Assembly: GCA_965178125.1 (NCBI GenBank)
Contig: OZ237738.1
Span: forward strand, 248,001-312,000
Source: Bilabrum cf. latius
Lineage: Eukaryota
Direction of reading: 5' to 3'
DNA: 64,000 nt
Shown: piece after piece, positions 26,544 to 38,931 of the stretch
Layout of the letters: each line of letters starts with the position of its first letter
How positions within the stretch are numbered: position 1 is the first letter of the stretch
Program-made: the position numbers and the translations under genes
The notes under the pieces: model-generated
Databases searched by the model: none
Seen by the model: only the letters and a program-made list of their open reading frames with translations
What the model was told of the DNA's origin: nothing

Positions 26544-29500
26544 TCAGCGCAGTCCCAGTCGCCCGGCTTCGGCTCGTGCCAGCCTTGCCTCCGCACCACC
26601 TGCCCCTCTCCCTGCTGGGCGGCCCCTCTCCCGATCCCGCTGGAACGCGGACTGTGACGGCTCCCTGCCCCCGCCCCTGCCCCTCCCCCTACCTCGTCCC
26701 CCGCCCCTGCCAACCCCTCTACCACCGCCTCGCCCGCGACCCCGCTCCCCGAACCTTCCCCTCCCCGGGCTCCCGCCACGGCCCCTTCCTCCTCTCCCTC
26801 CCCCTCTCCCTCTGAACCCACCCCCTCGCCCACCACCTCGCCCGCCCCTGCCAGAGCCACCCTCCGCTCGGTGCCTCTTGCCACCCCCGTCGCCTTCTTC
26901 CCCACCGTCCATCTCGCTGTCTGCGCCTTCCCCACCGCCCGACTCGCCATCTCGCTGCCTCGGCCGCTTGCTACCCAACGCGTGCCCGGGCCCGTGCCCC
27001 CCTCCACCGGAGGATTGTTCCTTGGCGCGCCGCTTCGAGGCCTCCTTCCTCCTCTCTAGGACCTTAACCTTGGCGACGTTCTCCACGGCAAACTCCACAA
27101 TCAGCCTGGGCCTATCCTCTGCCTTTCTTGCCATGGCCCCCTTGCCGCCTACCGCGGCCCAAGCGTACTCCGGGTTGTTGTTCAGCACGCGCAGCGCCGC
27201 CAGAGCGTGCACGTGCTCCGCGAACTCGATAAAGGCGTACCCCTTCGACTTCGCGGTGACACCGTCCTCCTCCAGCCGCACCCTCCCCGTCTTGGCGTCT
27301 GCTCGCTCCCGGAACAAAATCACCTTGGTGACGCGCGGCTTGGGGTTCTGCTTGGCGGGTTGCAGGGTGGGATCGCCCTCGTCCGAACCCACCATGCCGC
27401 TCCCCATGCCCTCATTGGCTGCGTCCAGGAAGAGGCCCCTGAGGTCGGGCTCTGCTAGAGACTTGGAGATGCCTCGCACGCTCAGCCGCGTGGGGGAGAG
27501 GAAGAACAGAGGGGACTGCAGCTTTGACTTGCGCTCCGCGGCGGACCGCACGCGCCTCTCCAGATCCGTCTTTGGCATGCTCAGCGCCTCCTCCGAGTCG
27601 GGTCTCACGCGGCCCTCCTCGGCGAGGTACAGGTGCCGCTTGTCGTACCTGCGCCCGTCCGCTCCCACACGAGCGTCCGCGTCCTCGCCACGTGCCGCTG
27701 CCAGGGCGGCCTTGGTGAGCTTCTCAGCCCTGGACTTGCCGATCGCGAGATCGATCTGAAGCGGCCGACCCTGCATCCAGATGCCCGCCGCACTGGAGCC
27801 ACCAACTGCATCGCTGCTCGCAGCCGCAGCCGAAGAGGCCGAAGATGACGACGCAGGGGCGGCACCTGAGCCCTCGCCAGCTGCGCCCGCAGCAGACTCG
27901 GCGGCTCCCGCAGCAAGCATAGCAGCCTGTGTCGAGTCCTGATCGAAGAACTGCACGAACGCAGAGCCCCTAGGCCGATCCAGCACGCGGTCCATGACGA
28001 TGCGGGCGTACCTCACGGGACCAAACTCACGGAAGACGGCCTTGATGCCGTCCTCGGTCGCGTCAAAGGGGAGGTTGCGGACAAAGAGGGTCTTGTTCTC
28101 GTGCACGTCTGGCTTGGGCTGTGCCGCAGCTGGCGCATCCGGCTCTGCCTTCTCGCCGGCTTCTCCAGTCTCGTCCTCGCCCTCGCCCTCGTCACTGTCG
28201 CTATCGCTGTCACTATCGCTGCCAGAGCCAGAATCGGATCCGTCATCACCAGCCTCGACATCGCTGTCTTCACTTTGCATCGCTGCGGCACCGCTTGCTG
28301 CTCCCTTGCCTTCAGCGGCGCCCTGGCTGGCATCGCCGTCGCCGCCGCTACCCTTCTCGCTCCCAGAATCTCTGTCGCTATCGCTATCGCTTCCATCTTC
28401 CTCCTACTTTCCCTCTTCTTTTGCCTTTGCCATGTCAGCCACTGCCTACTGGTACTCGGTCTTGCCTAGCGCCCAATCAACGGCCACCGGCCTCCCACGC
28501 AGCTTTGTGCCGTTCACTGCGCGCATCGCGTACACCGCGTCTGCCCTGCACACGAACGTGACGAAAGCAAATCCCCGGTGCATGGGACTCCTGCCCTTGC
28601 CCTTGCCCTTCTTGCCGTCATCCCCTGCCTTGGCTGCGTCGCCCGAGGCCCCAGCCCCGGAAGCAGGGGGCCCAGAGGAGGCGGCAGACTCGCCGTCCTT
28701 AAGCGGCAGGTGCACCTGCTCCACTGGGCCGTGCACCTTGAACTTGGCAAAGATGTCCTGCTCCGTCGCGAGGAAGTGCAGGTTGCGCACGATCAGCCTA
28801 GCTCTGGCCCTGGCGCGAGGCCCCTTGAGAACCTGTGAACCCACCCTCGCCCTCAGCATGTACCCCTGCAAAGTGTGCCTGTCCAGCCTCTTCTGCACGG
28901 CCTCGCACAGCTCCGGGGTAACCAGCCGGTACTCTGCCCACACCCCTGTCCAGCTGGTGGGACTGCCCAGCGGGAACCGATAGCTGGCAATGCCCACGGA
29001 GCGCCCGTCACCCTCCACGGCCATGGCCGCGAGACCGGACTGGGACGGCTTGGCGGCCTCACCGCCCTCACCACCCTTGCCACCGGCAGAGGCAGACGCT
29101 GGCTCCTATGCTGCTTCCGGTTTATCTGTATCAGTCGGTGATTTTCCTTTGCCCTTCTTGCCCTTGCCCTTCTTGCCCTTGCCTCCCGCTGCAGGAACCC
29201 CCGCCGCCTTCCGCTTGGCCTCCAGGACGCACTGCTAGCAGGCCTTCCTAACTTTCTTGTACAGCTTCTTAGGGGCAAAATTGGGAGGAAGGCCCCAAAT
29301 ATGTACCACTGCGCCCCGGTCGCCCTGGTCTCCTCCGCCCAGCGCTTTGTCCCCGATATTCGCCGACGATGAGGAAGCCGAAGAAGCTGTGCTTCGACCG
29401 GCGTCCTGGGCTCGACCCCGCCCACCAGTGCTATCTTGCCTAGAACGTTCTCCCTTAGGCTTGGCAAGAGAGACGTCGATCTTTCTACCGTTGATTTCTC

Positions 29501-29824
29501 GCCCACCGAGACGGATGGTTGCCTCTTTGGCATCATCCGGTACGGAGCTGCGAGGAGCGAATACAACCAGAGTTTGTGAAATAGGAGGGTGATAATCATA
29601 GCTCCAAATCATTGTTTGGATAATGTATGTTTTCCTTACAACTGCACAAATCCAAATCCCTTGGATTCTCCGGCGGAGTCCCGAATCAAGAATGCTCGCT
29701 GCACAGGCCCAGCTTCACTAAAGTGATCCTAAAGCTACTCTTCAGTCACATCAGACGCAATTCTCCGCACAAATACCGTACAATCATTCTTAGATTGCCG
29801 TCCAAATGCAGCTCCAGCCGCCAT
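26544..29824 (-). CDS. RBM28: RNA-binding protein 28 / Nop4 (multi-RRM nucleolar ribosome biogenesis factor), ~1,062 aa, 2 exons: 29824-29640, 29547-26544
   Basis: RRMs TVFVRRIA...SKGFGFVQF, RLIVRNLHF...RGFAFVTF...GRPVAVDWAL, KTLFVRNLPF...RGSAFVQF. Nop4-specific DKRHLYLAEEG, LSPTRLSVR, SKGYAFIEFAEHVHALAALRVLNNNP and RPRLIVEFAVEN. Acidic linker present. Six in-frame TAGs; ends at TGA. Confidence 0.93.
29548..29639 (-). other. Spliceosomal intron of RBM28 (92 nt, phase 2)
   Basis: TT|GTAAGG ... CTCCTCGCAG|C restores RNP1 KGFGFVQF-SVPDDAKEA. Confidence 0.9.
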
Positions 29825-30095
29825 ACCGCGAGTATTTATTGCACTTGCACCTGGAGAGCTGTGTACCCCTTCCGAGTCGAAAACGGAGCGTTCCTTTATG
29901 AGAAAAGAAGGTTCATCAACCCACGGCAACAAAACGACCTCCTTCGCCTCAATTGCTTGGCATTGAAGTATTGATACCAAATTTATAATTATCGTCGCGG
30001 TCTTCAGCGAAATCTTTTTCTTAGGCTGGGAATCGTGCATCTTTGAATCCACCACACCGCCGCGTCTCCACAGTTGAACGGAAACATTCGCCGGG
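29825..30095. promoter_or_regulatory. Putative bidirectional promoter (RBM28 / hypothetical gene)
   Basis: 271-nt AT-richer spacer between divergent start codons. Confidence 0.55.
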
Positions 30096-31667
30096 ATGCC
30101 AAAGCGCTCCGGTGGCCGACTGAACAAGAAAAAGCTGCTCGTTCGATCAAAGAGAGCTGCAGATGAGCTCCGAAGAAGGCGCTTACGAAAAGAGCAGCTC
30201 ATGCAGGAACGTATAGTGGTTGCGTCAAGGGAGTTGGCATCCCTTGAGGCTCAGATCGAGGCCGCCAGGAGCAGTTCAGGGGCAGCGTCTTCCAATTCAT
30301 CGTATCGAGATCAATTGAAGCGGCAAAGAGATGCGAAAAAGTAGTACTTGGCGGAGCTGCAGCGTGAGGCAGATCCGTCGACGGAGCTGGAGCGGGTCGA
30401 TGCAGCGATCACAGCCGCGAAGGAGCTCCATTAGGCAGAGCAGATTGCGCGATAGGAGAAATTTCGAAAAGAGGCACTTCTAGAGCACCGCAGGCAGATC
30501 ATCAAGCTGGGAAGGCCGGCGTTGCATCCGCGCGCGTTCGTGGTGGACCAGCCCGAGCAGCTGCTCATCGGTCGCAAGCACGTGCCCCTGGGCGAGTCGG
30601 ACCCCTCGCTGCTGAGGATGGGGTGGCACCGGGATGACTACCGGTTGCCAGCGGGCCAGGCTGATTTCAAGAAGGCCAAGGAGGGCAAGGGCTTCGGGCC
30701 CGTGCGGTCCACCGGGAGTCTCCGGCTGGGGGGGGTGGGGGACCAAGTCAGAGAGGGCGGGGCGGCGCCACCAGCGGCCATCACGCGGGACTCCCTGCCC
30801 ACCGAGGGGGCGGCGAGACACCCCCGCGCGTGGCAGAGCGCCGACGCGGTGGGCAGGGAGTTCCACAGGTACGACTACTTCCGGCCTCCTACGGCCCACG
30901 AGGCCAAGATGGCAGCCCTGCTGACCCAGCCGGACCGGATCAGGTACCGGCCAGAGGACCAGGGCATGCCCGCGTGGCGGGCCACGGACGGGCAGGACGG
31001 GCAGCTGCAGCGGGGTTTCTCGAGGGTGCCCCGCGACGATGAGGTGCTCGGCTTGATGGAGGAGCGGAAGGAGCGCGAGACGTTCAGCAAGCTCGGCATC
31101 GAGCTGCCGACGAGCGTGCACCAGCGAGCCGCGGAGGAGGCACAGAGGAGGCGGCCAGTCCCAGCGCCCCACGCTGCGCTTCTGAGACGCGGGCGGGCAG
31201 CGATGGGCATCCCGAGAGCCGCACTGGTGGCGGCACAGCGAACTGGATCGAACCTTCTCTCAGACCCGAGGCTGGGCGGGCGGCGGGCTGTGGCCGCCGC
31301 TGCTGTCTCGGCGCAGAAGTAGGGCAGCCAAGGGCCCGTGGAGGGTCACTGGTCAACGTCAAATAGACCAGCAGGGCCGCGCCAGGCGAGCGCTGCATCC
31401 GCCAAAGTGAATGAGCTTGTGGGTGACGCGCTGTCTCGCACTCGCGCTTTCCAAGAGGCCAGGGCTGCTTCTCGCAGCCTGGCACTCTCCCGCTCCCGCC
31501 GGCTCGGGCCGGGGTCGAGAGGAGGTGCCGGTGTGGGGCTGCCGCCGATTCGCGACCCGACGGGGCAGGTGTGGGGATCGGCCGAGCGTCATGGTTTGCA
31601 GCGTGGACCGGGGCGCGGAGGCGAAAAGTCCAAGACCATGCGACCAGGGTTTGGAGGGCTAGCGTGA
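30096..31667 (+). CDS. Hypothetical protein, ~523 aa, basic N-terminal coiled coil
   Basis: ORFs 30096, 30522 and 31338 are in one frame joined by 4 TAGs; ends at TGA 31665-31667. No family recognised. Confidence 0.7.
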
Positions 31668-31761
31668 CGATCGCCAAATGTTGCCAGTGGAGTTGTCGCT
31701 ACAAAAACGTATCAAATGTGCTATCACCTGCACGGGTAAGGTTGACCACGAACCTATTCAA

Positions 31762-33831
31762 ATGTCAGGGTATCAATCAAGACAGTCAAGGCTTCAAGCC
31801 GCGGGAAAATCTGCTGTGGACTCTGCAGCTTTGCAAGAGCACCTGGTCCAGAACCTCAACCTTGGCGACCCCTTTGGGCGAAACAAACGGCGATAGCGGG
31901 TCCCACGCCAACCCAAGAAAGACTCAAATGTGGTACGACGGGTATCGGCCGTTTCTCGAAGCAAACGACCGGCAGGAGGCGCTGCTGCATCGGAGAAAAC
32001 GGCCGGAGCACCAACGGCAACTACGCACGTACGATCCCGACTGGACAGGCATCTAGGCGTCAAGCGCGCGACGAGCGATACTGTGTCCATTATTGAGTCA
32101 AATCCAGTTGTTTCGCTCCGCTAGAGGGGATTCAAACCTCCTAGAATTGAAGCTGGCAAGCTGGTGGACGAGACTTACGATCTCTGGCAATGCGAGTAGT
32201 GCAGCAAGCTAAACCCGCCCACAAAAGACAAGTGCAGGTTATGCAGTGCACAGCGACCGACTCAATTCAAGACGGCCGAGCCGGTCAGCTTGAGCCTGGC
32301 GCAGAAGCGAGGACTCGTGCCAGCGCCTGCGAAGCGAATGTCTGAGACGGAGTGGCACGACGTCGAACGCGGGGCAGTTGCCCGGGGGATGGCGGAGCAA
32401 GACTGCCCCATTTGCATGGATGCGTTGGGACTTCGAGAGCACCTGGTCACGAGCTGTGGCCATCTGTTTCACACGGCCTGCCTGCTGCAGTTTGAGCGGT
32501 TTTCCCGGCTGCCTGCAAGCGCCCGCACGTGCCCCGTGTGCAGACACCCGGGCTACGAGAGGAAAAGCTCCCGGGTCGGGGTTCATCCCCACCGATTGGC
32601 TGCCGTGGTAGCACTGCAGGCCGCCTGGCGAGGCGCGCGCACGCGCCAAGCGGTCTCTCAGCTGCGCCGGCGGTTCTACTTGAGCGGCAAGGGAGACGCG
32701 CCCTCCCGCCGGCGGTTCTTCGCCGAGGCCGTGGGGAGAGCCACTGCAAAGCTGGAAATTGCGGTGCAGCGGTCGCAGGGGAGGATTGACGCGCTGATGG
32801 GGGAACTGGACCGCAGCGCGGAGGAGGCACGGGAGGTCATGGCGAGGGCGCTCGAGATGGCGCACGGGCGGCGAGCCAGGCAGGTGGCCTCGATCGAGAG
32901 GGAGTTTGGCGTGAGACTTGCAGGCGGCAGGGAGTCCCAAAACTCTGCTGCGACTAGCGCAATGGAAACAGCGACTCGTGCAGGCAATAAGGGCGACCCC
33001 GGTTCTGCGATAGGGGCGGCAATGACCCGATTCGGCATCGAACTCAGTGCTTCGAGCCTTGGGCTGCAAGTGCCCAGCGCGTCTGGCGATGGCCCCGCAT
33101 CCTCGCTAGGCGGTGGGTCCGATTATCACCGTGTCCCCATGGGGGACCCCGGGGAGGGAAGATCAAGTCCAGCATGCCGGCAGGCTCGCGTGCAGGCAGT
33201 GGACAGCGATGCAGAAGTGGCTGCGCGGGCGATCCACGGCTTGGCAGCTGATCGGGGCGTTGCAGGGAGCGGGAGCGCTGGCTCAGCATCGGTGACCAGC
33301 GAGACAAATGGGGGTGCACCGTCAAGACGAAAGCCGTGGAAGTACACCACCAGTATTGAGGGCGTGTCGGCCGGGGCGTGGACCAATGCACTCGAGAGGT
33401 GCGCCCGACGGATGGCTCCAGACGTGGGTGCCAGTGCCAGTGGCACTGGGAGGGAGGCCAAGCCGAGCACCGAGCCTTCAGGTGACTGTCCCGTGTGCCT
33501 TGTGCCCTTGCTCGACAGCTTAGACCAAGCAGCCGTGCCGCCTGGGTCACTGCCAGCCAAAACGTCCTCGGCAGGGTCTGCAACCGGTGCAGGCAAGAAA
33601 AGCGGAGTACTAGCCGCTGAGAGTTCCTCCGCTGCCAAGTCCATGGTGCTGCTCTAGTGCTCTCACGTGTTTCACAAGGACTGCCTTGCGTCGTTTGCGC
33701 GATTCTGCACAGGTCACGGCAAGGCCATGAGCTGCCCTGTATGTAGGGCTATCAAGCCGGCAGCAAGGGCCGTGGATCCGGTGAGGCTTGTGGCGGCATA
33801 CAGGGACGGCGCCGTCATGCCGGCCCTGTGA
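31762..33831 (+). CDS. RNF32: RING finger protein 32 homolog (RING-IQ-RING) with an extra RanBP2-type zinc finger, ~689 aa
   Basis: AVDSAALQEHLVQNLNL, LSLAQKRGLVPAP, SETEW, RING CPICM...SCGHLFHTACL...CPVCR, IQ LQAAWRG, RRRFF and a second RING CPVCL...MVLL*CSHVFHKDCL...CPVCR are colinear with animal RNF32 as I recall it. Four in-frame TAGs; TGA at 33829-33831. An alternative upstream in-frame ATG lies at 31678. Confidence 0.88.
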
Positions 33832-33853
33832 TGCCGTAGATTCGATTGCGTAA

Positions 33854-33859
33854 AATAAA
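33854..33859 (+). promoter_or_regulatory. Possible polyadenylation signal (AATAAA) of RNF32
   Basis: AATAAA 22 nt after the TGA in a short AT-rich spacer. Confidence 0.3.
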
Positions 33860-33904
33860 GTCAACTTCCTAAACTTCCTATTGTTGCAGGGCACATGCGG
33901 CCAG

Positions 33905-36900
33905 TCACAGATCCTCCGATATGCTGCTAGGCTCCCGGGAGGTGGACGTGCTTCCAAGCACCTTGGGCGGCTTGGGCGGCACTGGGACCTTCTCAGCCGA
34001 ACGAGCCAGCTCGCCTCCCATGCCAACCTTCTTTCTGCCTCTTGATTGCCGCGCTGCACGGAGTGCCTCAGCGCCTGCCTGCGCCTGCCTGTGCAGCATC
34101 TAAGCAAGCACCGACGGGGGCGGCGGTGGCTCCACAGCCCGAACCGGCACCTCGATCCGCTTCTCAAGCGCAGCAGCCGTGGCTCCCAAATGGCCCTCAT
34201 CCCCCGAGAAAGTGTCGCCCCCTTCACCCTCTACCTCCCGATGCTCGTCAAGCTCATCGTCCGACGCTTCAGACTAGGCATCTGCGCTCCGGCTGCCGGA
34301 ATTTCGGGGGCTTCCCATCGCGCTCTGACTCCCCGACGCGAAGTGTCGCCTGGGCACGGCCATCTCCATGTCCTCTCCACCACGTCGACCGCCGCCGGTT
34401 GACATGGATCCGGAAGTTAGCATGCCGAGTTGGCCTTCTGATGCAATGCTATTGCTTCGAGACCGCAGATCGCCGAGCCTTACGGCTTTCGGGCCGTCTC
34501 GAGACATGGCAGCACCAGCGGACAGGATCGATCCGACGTCTACTGAGGTGGCAGACCCCCCTACCTTACCGGCAGCCGCGCCGCCTCGACTGCTATCGGA
34601 CGACCGAGAGCCGTCCCTGGACTAGCTGCCCGCGCTGCGGCCGAACAATGCACCCATCATGCGGCCCTTCGCAACGATCTTGGTGCCGGGCTTCACCAAC
34701 GGTGTTTGCTGGAACTCCATGGCCAGCAGCTGGGACGCGCCCGGCGCCCGGCCACTGGACGAAGTCAGCGAGGAGTTGTCCCCACTGTGGCCCTTGTTGT
34801 CTGCGATCGAGCTCTGCTCGAGCGCGCGGTCTAGCGTATCCATGTCCATTTGCTAGTTGCCTCCTCTCCCCGCGCGCGATCCCTCCGCCGATACCACAGA
34901 CCCAGTCGCAGAGTGTGCGTCCGTGCCGTCGAAGTTAGTCGATTCCGTGCAGGGGGCCGCGCCAGCGATAGCAGCGGAGGGGTGCCCGTATGGGTTGCCG
35001 CCCGTTCCCCTTGGTGTCAGGCTCCTGCCCAGAGATGAGGAGGGTGAGCCGCGCACGGCCCGGCGGTGCCTTGCATTGCCAGCCACGCCCAGCAACCTTC
35101 GCTCGCGGCCGCTCTCTGTGCTTACCGATGGCCTGCGCAGCACTGCTGCGGAACTCGGCAGCATGTCTCCCGAGGCGCCGCTCGCGTTCGACAGCAACCT
35201 ACGGACGCCGCTGGCTGGCGAATCAATGCCGCCGCCCCCATGGCTCTGATCAGAATCCATCGGCTGCTGCCCCGCGGCGGACTGCCGTACCCGTCTTTCC
35301 CTGGGGAAGAAATCGGAGCTTGCCGCCATGATGTCGGAGCTCGTCCAGCCGATGGGCGGCTCCACGGCGGGTCGGCCGCCGGAACGGCCCCCAGTAGAAC
35401 CTCTCGGCGAGTTGTTTGCAGAATGGCCTGGTGTGTCCCCGCCAAGCAGGTTGCTTGACGGGGTCTAAGCCGCACTGGTGCCCGGATCGAACGAAGTGGT
35501 GGCTAGCAGGCCAAGCCTGTCCTTCGCCGCACCCTGCACCTAGCTGGTGCGCTTTGATTGCTTCTTGCCTGGTCCTCCATTCCCACGGATCGGTCTTGAT
35601 TGCCCGCTTGCTTGGCTGCCGTGACTGGACTAGCTCCGAACATCCTCGTCTCGAAGTGCCTGCGCTGCCAGCTCGCTCAGCGGTGTGGAGTTGGAGTGCT
35701 GGCTGCCCCCGTCGTCGTCTGCCTGCCTCTGTTGCGCCGCCCTCTGCCTGCTGTTGTCGCTATCGTTCAGGTGACCCGACCGGTCTCCCGACAGCGACGT
35801 TGACTTGGTGCGGTTCTCAGAGGCAGTTGTGGAGCGCTCCTCGCTCTCGGCGCTGTGGGGCACAAAGGCCAGTGAGCCTGCCATTCTGGACTAGCCCCCA
35901 CTTCGATTGGACGATCCCTTACTCCGGTTAGGGACTGCCATGAAGGCCAGCGCATCTGCCACGATAGCGGTGCTCGCATCGGCGACACCACTCCGAGAGC
36001 CCACCGTCGACGAGATGTCGCTCGTCCGACCGCCACCTCGCTCCGTCTGACTGCGGGAGGGCAGGTCAGCGGGGAGGCCGTCCGAGCCGAGTGCACCCAG
36101 CTGCTGCTGCTAGCCTGATCCCCGCGACATGCCCGCAAGAGGCAGCTGAGGGACGAGGGGCGCTCCATTCGCGCTGGATCTTGCTTTTGCCTCGCCCCTC
36201 TGCTCCCTGCCGAGTCCCTTAGACCTGCTCGAGGTGGTGGTGGTGGCTCCATCCGACCGACTGTCGTCGTCCTGGTTGCGAGCAGTGAGGTCGCCGCCGT
36301 GAGGGCCTCGAGATGGGGAGTCCAGCTAGTCATCTGCCAGCTCGGCCAGCGCGACCAGTCCACTGGCGCCATGTGGCTTCTTCTTTCCGTGCGATTGCTG
36401 GCTCGGCAGGCTGCCGACAGATGCTGTTCCAATGCCCTGTGTCCGCAGCCTGGCCATCGTGGCCTCTCTCTCTCTTCGCTCCTCATACTGCTGCTCTAAA
36501 GTGCGCCTGCCCAGCTCTGCAAGCGCGAAGAAGTTGTGCACGCTGTCTATCTCCGTCGGTGCGGCGCTTGAGGAGCCTAGCGTGCCCTCGGTGGCGAGCA
36601 CCATCGCCGCGTCTGCTCCAAGCGGACCCACCCTGGGGAGCAAAGGCTGTGAACCGGCCCCATGGCTGCTGGATCCAGCAGAATCTGACGACACCGCTTG
36701 CATGCCGCCCCCATCCGCCAGCGTCCCAAGGTCGTCTGAGGACTCCACATACTACCGCTGCGGGAACCCGAGCATGCCCATGGGCACCGTGGAGCTCGCG
36801 CTGACAGCTTGATGCATGGGTGCCCCAGCCACTGCATAGCTGTGCACAAACTGCGGCTGGGCGCTCACCCCGATTTCTCCCTGGAAGTCCACGCTCATGG

Positions 36901-38569
36901 TCAAGGGCCGCGGCGGCTGCTAGACGGCAACATACACGGGAGGCGCGCCGCCCTGAGGAAACCCTTGGCCTGCGACCGCGAACATCTGTCCACTCTCGGA
37001 CACCATCATCGGGCCTGATACGTGACCCATCTGCATCCCCATGTTGGCGCCAAGTGGCATCACCCCCGCGGAGGTGGGATACCCAGGCATGCCCATGCTG
37101 CCGTGCTGCGGGAGTGCCCCGCTCATGCCCGTGTACGATCCCTGGAGATTGACTCCGCGCAGGACCGAAGTCAGCTGCTCCACAGAGAGCCCGCTGACAC
37201 CCCCGCTCGAAGCGTACACGACATCGGTTCCCGACTGCAGCAGCTGCCCGTCGCCGGCCATCTGCGACCGGGCGAACTGGGCTTGGGTCAGCCCTGCCGG
37301 CGGCACGCTCGCGTCGGGTAGCTGTGCCAGGGCCAGAGCGGCGTTGCGCCGCTTTACGGGGCTCGACTCCTCATCACCCGCTGGGTCAGCGGCGCGGCCA
37401 GAAGAGGAGAAGGCGCCTGCCCGCACCGTCCTTGGTCGGCCCGTGCTGCTGCTTCGGCTCCCCGACGCGCTTCCCGACTTTCCACGGCCGCGACCCCGCC
37501 CCTTACCCTTGCTTGACCCTCCCCTGCCACGCCCTCTGCCCTTGCCCTTGCTGGCGCCCTTCGCTGGCGCCACAGGTGCTGCCTTGAGCCAGTCGAGCTG
37601 ACCCGCCTCCGCCTGCCTAGACAGCGACTTGTACCTGATCTTGACTGCGTTCTCTGTGCGCCCAGGAAGCCGCTTGGAGATGGCGGCCCATCTCTGCCCC
37701 AGTTCCTCGTAGTGCGACATGAGGGCCTTGTCTTCCTCCAGCTGCCACGGCCCCTTGTTAATGGAGGGGTCCAGGTGGTTCTTCCACCTCTCCCTGCACT
37801 GCTTGGCCGTGCGACCGGGGATTAGAGCGGCTGCTTCGCCCCAGTTCTTCATCCCCTGCTGCACGAGGTTCAGCAGTCGGGAGTCTTCCTCCTGGGACCA
37901 GCTGCCTTTCACCAGACCGGGGGCCAGCACTTTGCGCCACCGCTGCAGGCACTGCACGTGGTTGCGTCCGGGCACGTGGCCGGAGATCGCCTTCCAGTTT
38001 CTGCCGCCGAACTTTGCCACTGCTACGCGAAGCATTTGATCTTCCTAATCCGTCCATTTCATGGCATCTCGACGCCTCTGGCCTAGGGGGTCCTTCGTTA
38101 GGTCGTCTTCCCGTCCCTGAGCTGACGGCGCAGCCGAGCTTGCAGTCCTCCCTGCTCGGCCTCGCCTCGGAGCCTCTGATGCTGACGCTCCAGATGCAGA
38201 CGGTGCAGAAGCCATTAAAGAACCGGCTTGGTTTGACTGCAGCAGCTTCATTGCGTCCAACGGGCTGCTACCGGAGGAGACAGCGGATGGACCACCAGTG
38301 GCTGCAACGGCTGCGGCGCTTGCTGGCATCATATCATCGATGTTTCCAAGTGAGCCAATGCTTCCAGTGCTCTAAATTGGAGCACGCGGTGCGGGAGCAC
38401 TGCCTGCGCCAACCACAGACTCGGGCGCATCAGGAATTTCGCCGGCTGCACCACCATCAGCAACCCTTCGTGATGTGCTAGGCCTCTCAGAAGAAGAGGT
38501 TCGCATTGAACCAGGCCTCTCTCGCTTGTCACCAAGTGATTTACCCACATCGTCGTGGGGAGCAGACAT
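33905..38569 (-). CDS. R1R2R3-type MYB transcription factor, ~1,554 aa
   Basis: Three MYB repeats: KWTD*EDQML...NWKAIS...GRNHVQCLQRW, KGSWSQEED...GRTAKQCRERWKNHLDPSINKGPW, WQLEED...RWAAISKRLPGRTENAVKIRY. ORFs ending at 38372, 38045, 36920, 36326, 35630, 34853, 34622, 34274 and 33905 are all in one frame with about 14 TAGs. TGA at 33905-33907. Confidence 0.88.
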
Positions 38570-38931
38570 GCCAAACCGTGGTCAATACCTGCAAGGCCGC
38601 TGAGTCCCAGTGGTGGACGCGCTGACTAATTTCAGGAGCCAGCGCGGATTCCGCTCGAGAACCGTGTTCCCCTTTAAGACTGAATAGAATAAGGATATAT
38701 GCTTAGTTGTATTTGATCACCTGCTAGCAGAAGCACTTCTCATAGGTACTGTTTTCCGGCACCTCGCATATCGTTGGTTGGCGGTGCTGTGCGTTTTTGC
38801 GGAACCATCTAGAACTTGAAAATTGCGCGGCGACCTCAGGGAAATGGTATTCTTTTCTCTCCACTGTGCACTTGGCAAGGCCTCCTGCGCCAAATTTTTT
38901 AGCTTAGAGGATTAAGCGATAGGGTGTAGCC
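38570..38931. promoter_or_regulatory. Putative bidirectional promoter (3R-MYB / LysRS)
   Basis: 362-nt AT-richer spacer between divergent start codons. Confidence 0.55.

Noticed and set aside
26393-26600. KPGDWDC motif in an alternate frame at the RBM28 3' end, suggesting a RanBP2 zinc finger or frameshift
   Set aside because: The remaining C-x3-N and C-x2-C ligands are absent, and the sequence turns AT-rich right after the TGA at 26544.
6976-38047. A-to-I editing of UAG to UGG (Trp), or pyrrolysine insertion
   Set aside because: TAG positions correspond to polar, variable or Gln sites and never to conserved Trp. There are no pyl genes or methylamine methyltransferase context.
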